Part shown: positions 62,348 to 64,000 of the stretch, piece by piece | How positions within the stretch are numbered: the stretch's first letter is position 1 | Layout of the letters: each line of letters starts with the position of its first letter | Assembly: GCA_965208575.1 (NCBI GenBank) | Contig: CBDBOV010000004.1 | Span: forward strand, 1,120,001-1,184,000 | DNA: 64,000 bases | From: Spirochaetia bacterium | GTDB lineage: Bacteria > Spirochaetota > Spirochaetia > SZUA-6 > Bin103 | Direction: 5' to 3' | Position numbers and translations under genes: made by a program | The notes under the pieces: model-generated | Database searches by the model: none | Told to the model about the DNA's origin: nothing | The model's input: the letters and a program-made list of their open reading frames with translations, nothing else

Positions 62348-62785
62348 TTACCGGCGCGGGGCGCGCGTGCCGGCGGCGAGGTTGACGATCAGCTCCACCT
62401 CGGCCGGGCTGGTGGCGAGATGGTCGACTATGGCGGCGTTGGACATTCCCATGCGGCGCAGGCGCAACACCTCCGCACGCCGGTCGGCGGACTCACGTGC
62501 AGGCCGGTCCGCCGGTGGCCGCTCGCTCGCGGCGGGCGCCGCGCCGACCTCGTCGACGCGCGCGAGCAGATCCTGCAGGCGACCGACCCCGTCCTCCAGC
62601 AGCGCCACGTTGCGCTCCGTGGCGGCATTCAGTTCGGTGACCAGGGCGGCAACTTCGGCACGCAGTTCGGACACCACGTCCGGATCGTTCATGCGGCGCG
62701 CCAGCGCCCGTCTCAGCAGCACGTAGAGGATCACCAATCCAGCCGCTTGCAACACCAGCAGAGCGATCACCATCGATCCCGCCAC
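62348..62785 (-). CDS. Hypothetical membrane-anchored coiled-coil protein with C-terminal HTH-like tail
   Basis: N-terminal TM, ELN.ATERNV.LLE, GMS..AI...L..S..EVELI. Confidence 0.65.
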   Translation of the reverse strand: MAGSMVIALLVLQAAGLVILYVLLRRALARRMNDPDVVSELRAEVAALVTELNAATERNVALLEDGVGRLQDLLARVDEVGAAPAASERPPADRPARESADRRAEVLRLRRMGMSNAAIVDHLATSPAEVELIVNLAAGTRAPRR

Positions 62786-62797
62786 GGCACAGCGCGT

Positions 62798-63610
62798 TCA
62801 GCTTATTCCGCGCTTCAGGTTGGTCAGTTTGGCGCGCAGCCGGATTATCGCCTTGGTGTGAAGCTGGGACACGCGCGACTCGGTGACCTGCAGCACTTCG
62901 CCGATCTCACGCAACGTCAAGTCCTCGTAGTAGTAGAGCGCCAACACGCGTTGTTCCTTCGCCGGCAACTCCTGCAGAGCCTCCAACATGACGCGCTTGA
63001 TCTCGTCCCGTTCGGCAATCGAGTCAGGGTTCAAACTGGACGGCGACTCGACACTCTCAGCGATCGAGATACGATCGCTGTCTTCGCTGTTGTAGCGCAG
63101 ATCGTTCAACGACATGACCGCGGTACTGCTGATCTTCAGGAGCAGATCCTGGAACTCCTTGAGCGTCAGATTCATCTCACGGGCGATCTCGGCGTCGACC
63201 GCCGAGCGGCCGAGCGTGGCCTCCAATTCGCGTACCGTATCTTCCACTTCACGCGCCTTTTGGCGGACCGATCTCGGTACCCAGTCGTTGCTGCGCAACT
63301 CGTCGAAGATGGCCCCGCGAATACGGGTCACGGCGTACGTCTTGAACTTGACGTGCTTGGACGGGTCGAACTTGTCGATCGCGTCGAACAGCCCGAATAC
63401 CCCATATCCGACCAGGTCGTCGAACTCCACGCTGCCGGGCATGCGAACCGCCACCTTGCCGGCAACATACTTCACCAGGGGCGCGTACTGGCGTACGAAG
63501 TAGTCGCGGATAGCCTGGTCCTTGCCGCGTCGATAGCTGGTCCAAAGCTGTTCTTCGGTCGCCTGGCTCAACGGCTCCGCCAAGCTTCGTTCACGGGTCT
63601 CAGGCGGCAT
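62798..63610 (-). CDS. fliA: Sigma-28 (FliA/WhiG) RNA polymerase sigma factor
   Basis: YAPLVKYVA, GLFDAIDKFD, RIRGAIFDELR..DWVPRSVR, LYYYEDLTLREIG.VL.VTESRVSQLH. Confidence 0.96.
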   Translation of the reverse strand: MPPETRERSLAEPLSQATEEQLWTSYRRGKDQAIRDYFVRQYAPLVKYVAGKVAVRMPGSVEFDDLVGYGVFGLFDAIDKFDPSKHVKFKTYAVTRIRGAIFDELRSNDWVPRSVRQKAREVEDTVRELEATLGRSAVDAEIAREMNLTLKEFQDLLLKISSTAVMSLNDLRYNSEDSDRISIAESVESPSSLNPDSIAERDEIKRVMLEALQELPAKEQRVLALYYYEDLTLREIGEVLQVTESRVSQLHTKAIIRLRAKLTNLKRGIS

Positions 63611-63802
63611 GATCAGTCAGCACCGCGCCCACCGGCGACTGCGATGCCGCCCAGGAAACGCCCTTGAGGCCGCGGTCGCCCCGTATTCGGCTCGTCTGAT
63701 GCAGCGAATCGTGTCTGATTCCAAGTACCGTCAGGGTATGTGATCTGATGATTCGGGTCAACATCCCAAGCGCCTCCCGGTCGCGTACGGAAGAACCGCG
63801 GC

Positions 63803-64000
63803 TCACGGCTCACCGGCAGCCCCGACGACCACGCCGTTCGACGGCGCGTGCTCGCCGAACTCTTTCTCCAGCCAGGTGCGGCCGAGCCGGAAGCCATCCA
63901 GGTTCAGCAGCAGTTGCAACGTCGATGCGGGCGCGATGTCCTGCGGCACCACCTGGCCATCGCACAGGTAGGAGACCGGCTTGCGGGCGTCGGCGAGGGC
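63803..64000 (-). CDS. flhF: Flagellar GTPase FlhF, C-terminal end (rest outside window)
   Basis: Manual translation ALADARKPVSYLCDGQVVPQDI..., matching the FlhF 'PVSY.T.GQ.VP.DI' motif; not in ORF track. Confidence 0.75.
   Translation of the reverse strand, partial: ALADARKPVSYLCDGQVVPQDIAPASTLQLLLNLDGFRLGRTWLEKEFGEHAPSNGVVVGAAGEP

Overview
High-GC bacterial chromosome segment, most likely Spirochaetota (inferred from the eukaryote-type GlyRS, two lnt genes, paired EF-G paralogues and the flhF-fliA-M23 neighbourhood). The left third holds a complete type I-G (I-U) CRISPR-Cas system in a split, convergent layout. cas3(C-terminal HD)-cas8g/csx17-cas7/csb1-csb2 is on +, followed by ~2.7 kb of cargo and relic genes. 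A 65-repeat/64-spacer array (hand count), cas2 and a cas4-cas1 fusion are on -. The key unannotated element lies upstream of cas3 (6790-6957): a hidden one-spacer mini-array of two degenerate repeats. Its spacer matches 13/14 nt (only mismatch at position 6), next to a TTA PAM, across the -10 box of the predicted cas3-operon promoter, so it is a candidate RNA-guided Cascade autorepression (CreR/CreA-like) circuit. One degenerate repeat is also exactly antisense (13 nt) to the Shine-Dalgarno region of a small ORF coupled to cas3. The rest is metabolic accessory genes, toxin-antitoxin-like relics, tRNA-Leu(TAA) and housekeeping genes (rho, HU/IHF, rpsT, tyrS, glyQS, gltX, two EF-G genes, nnr, secA, fliA). 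All calls come from reading motifs by eye; no database searches were run.
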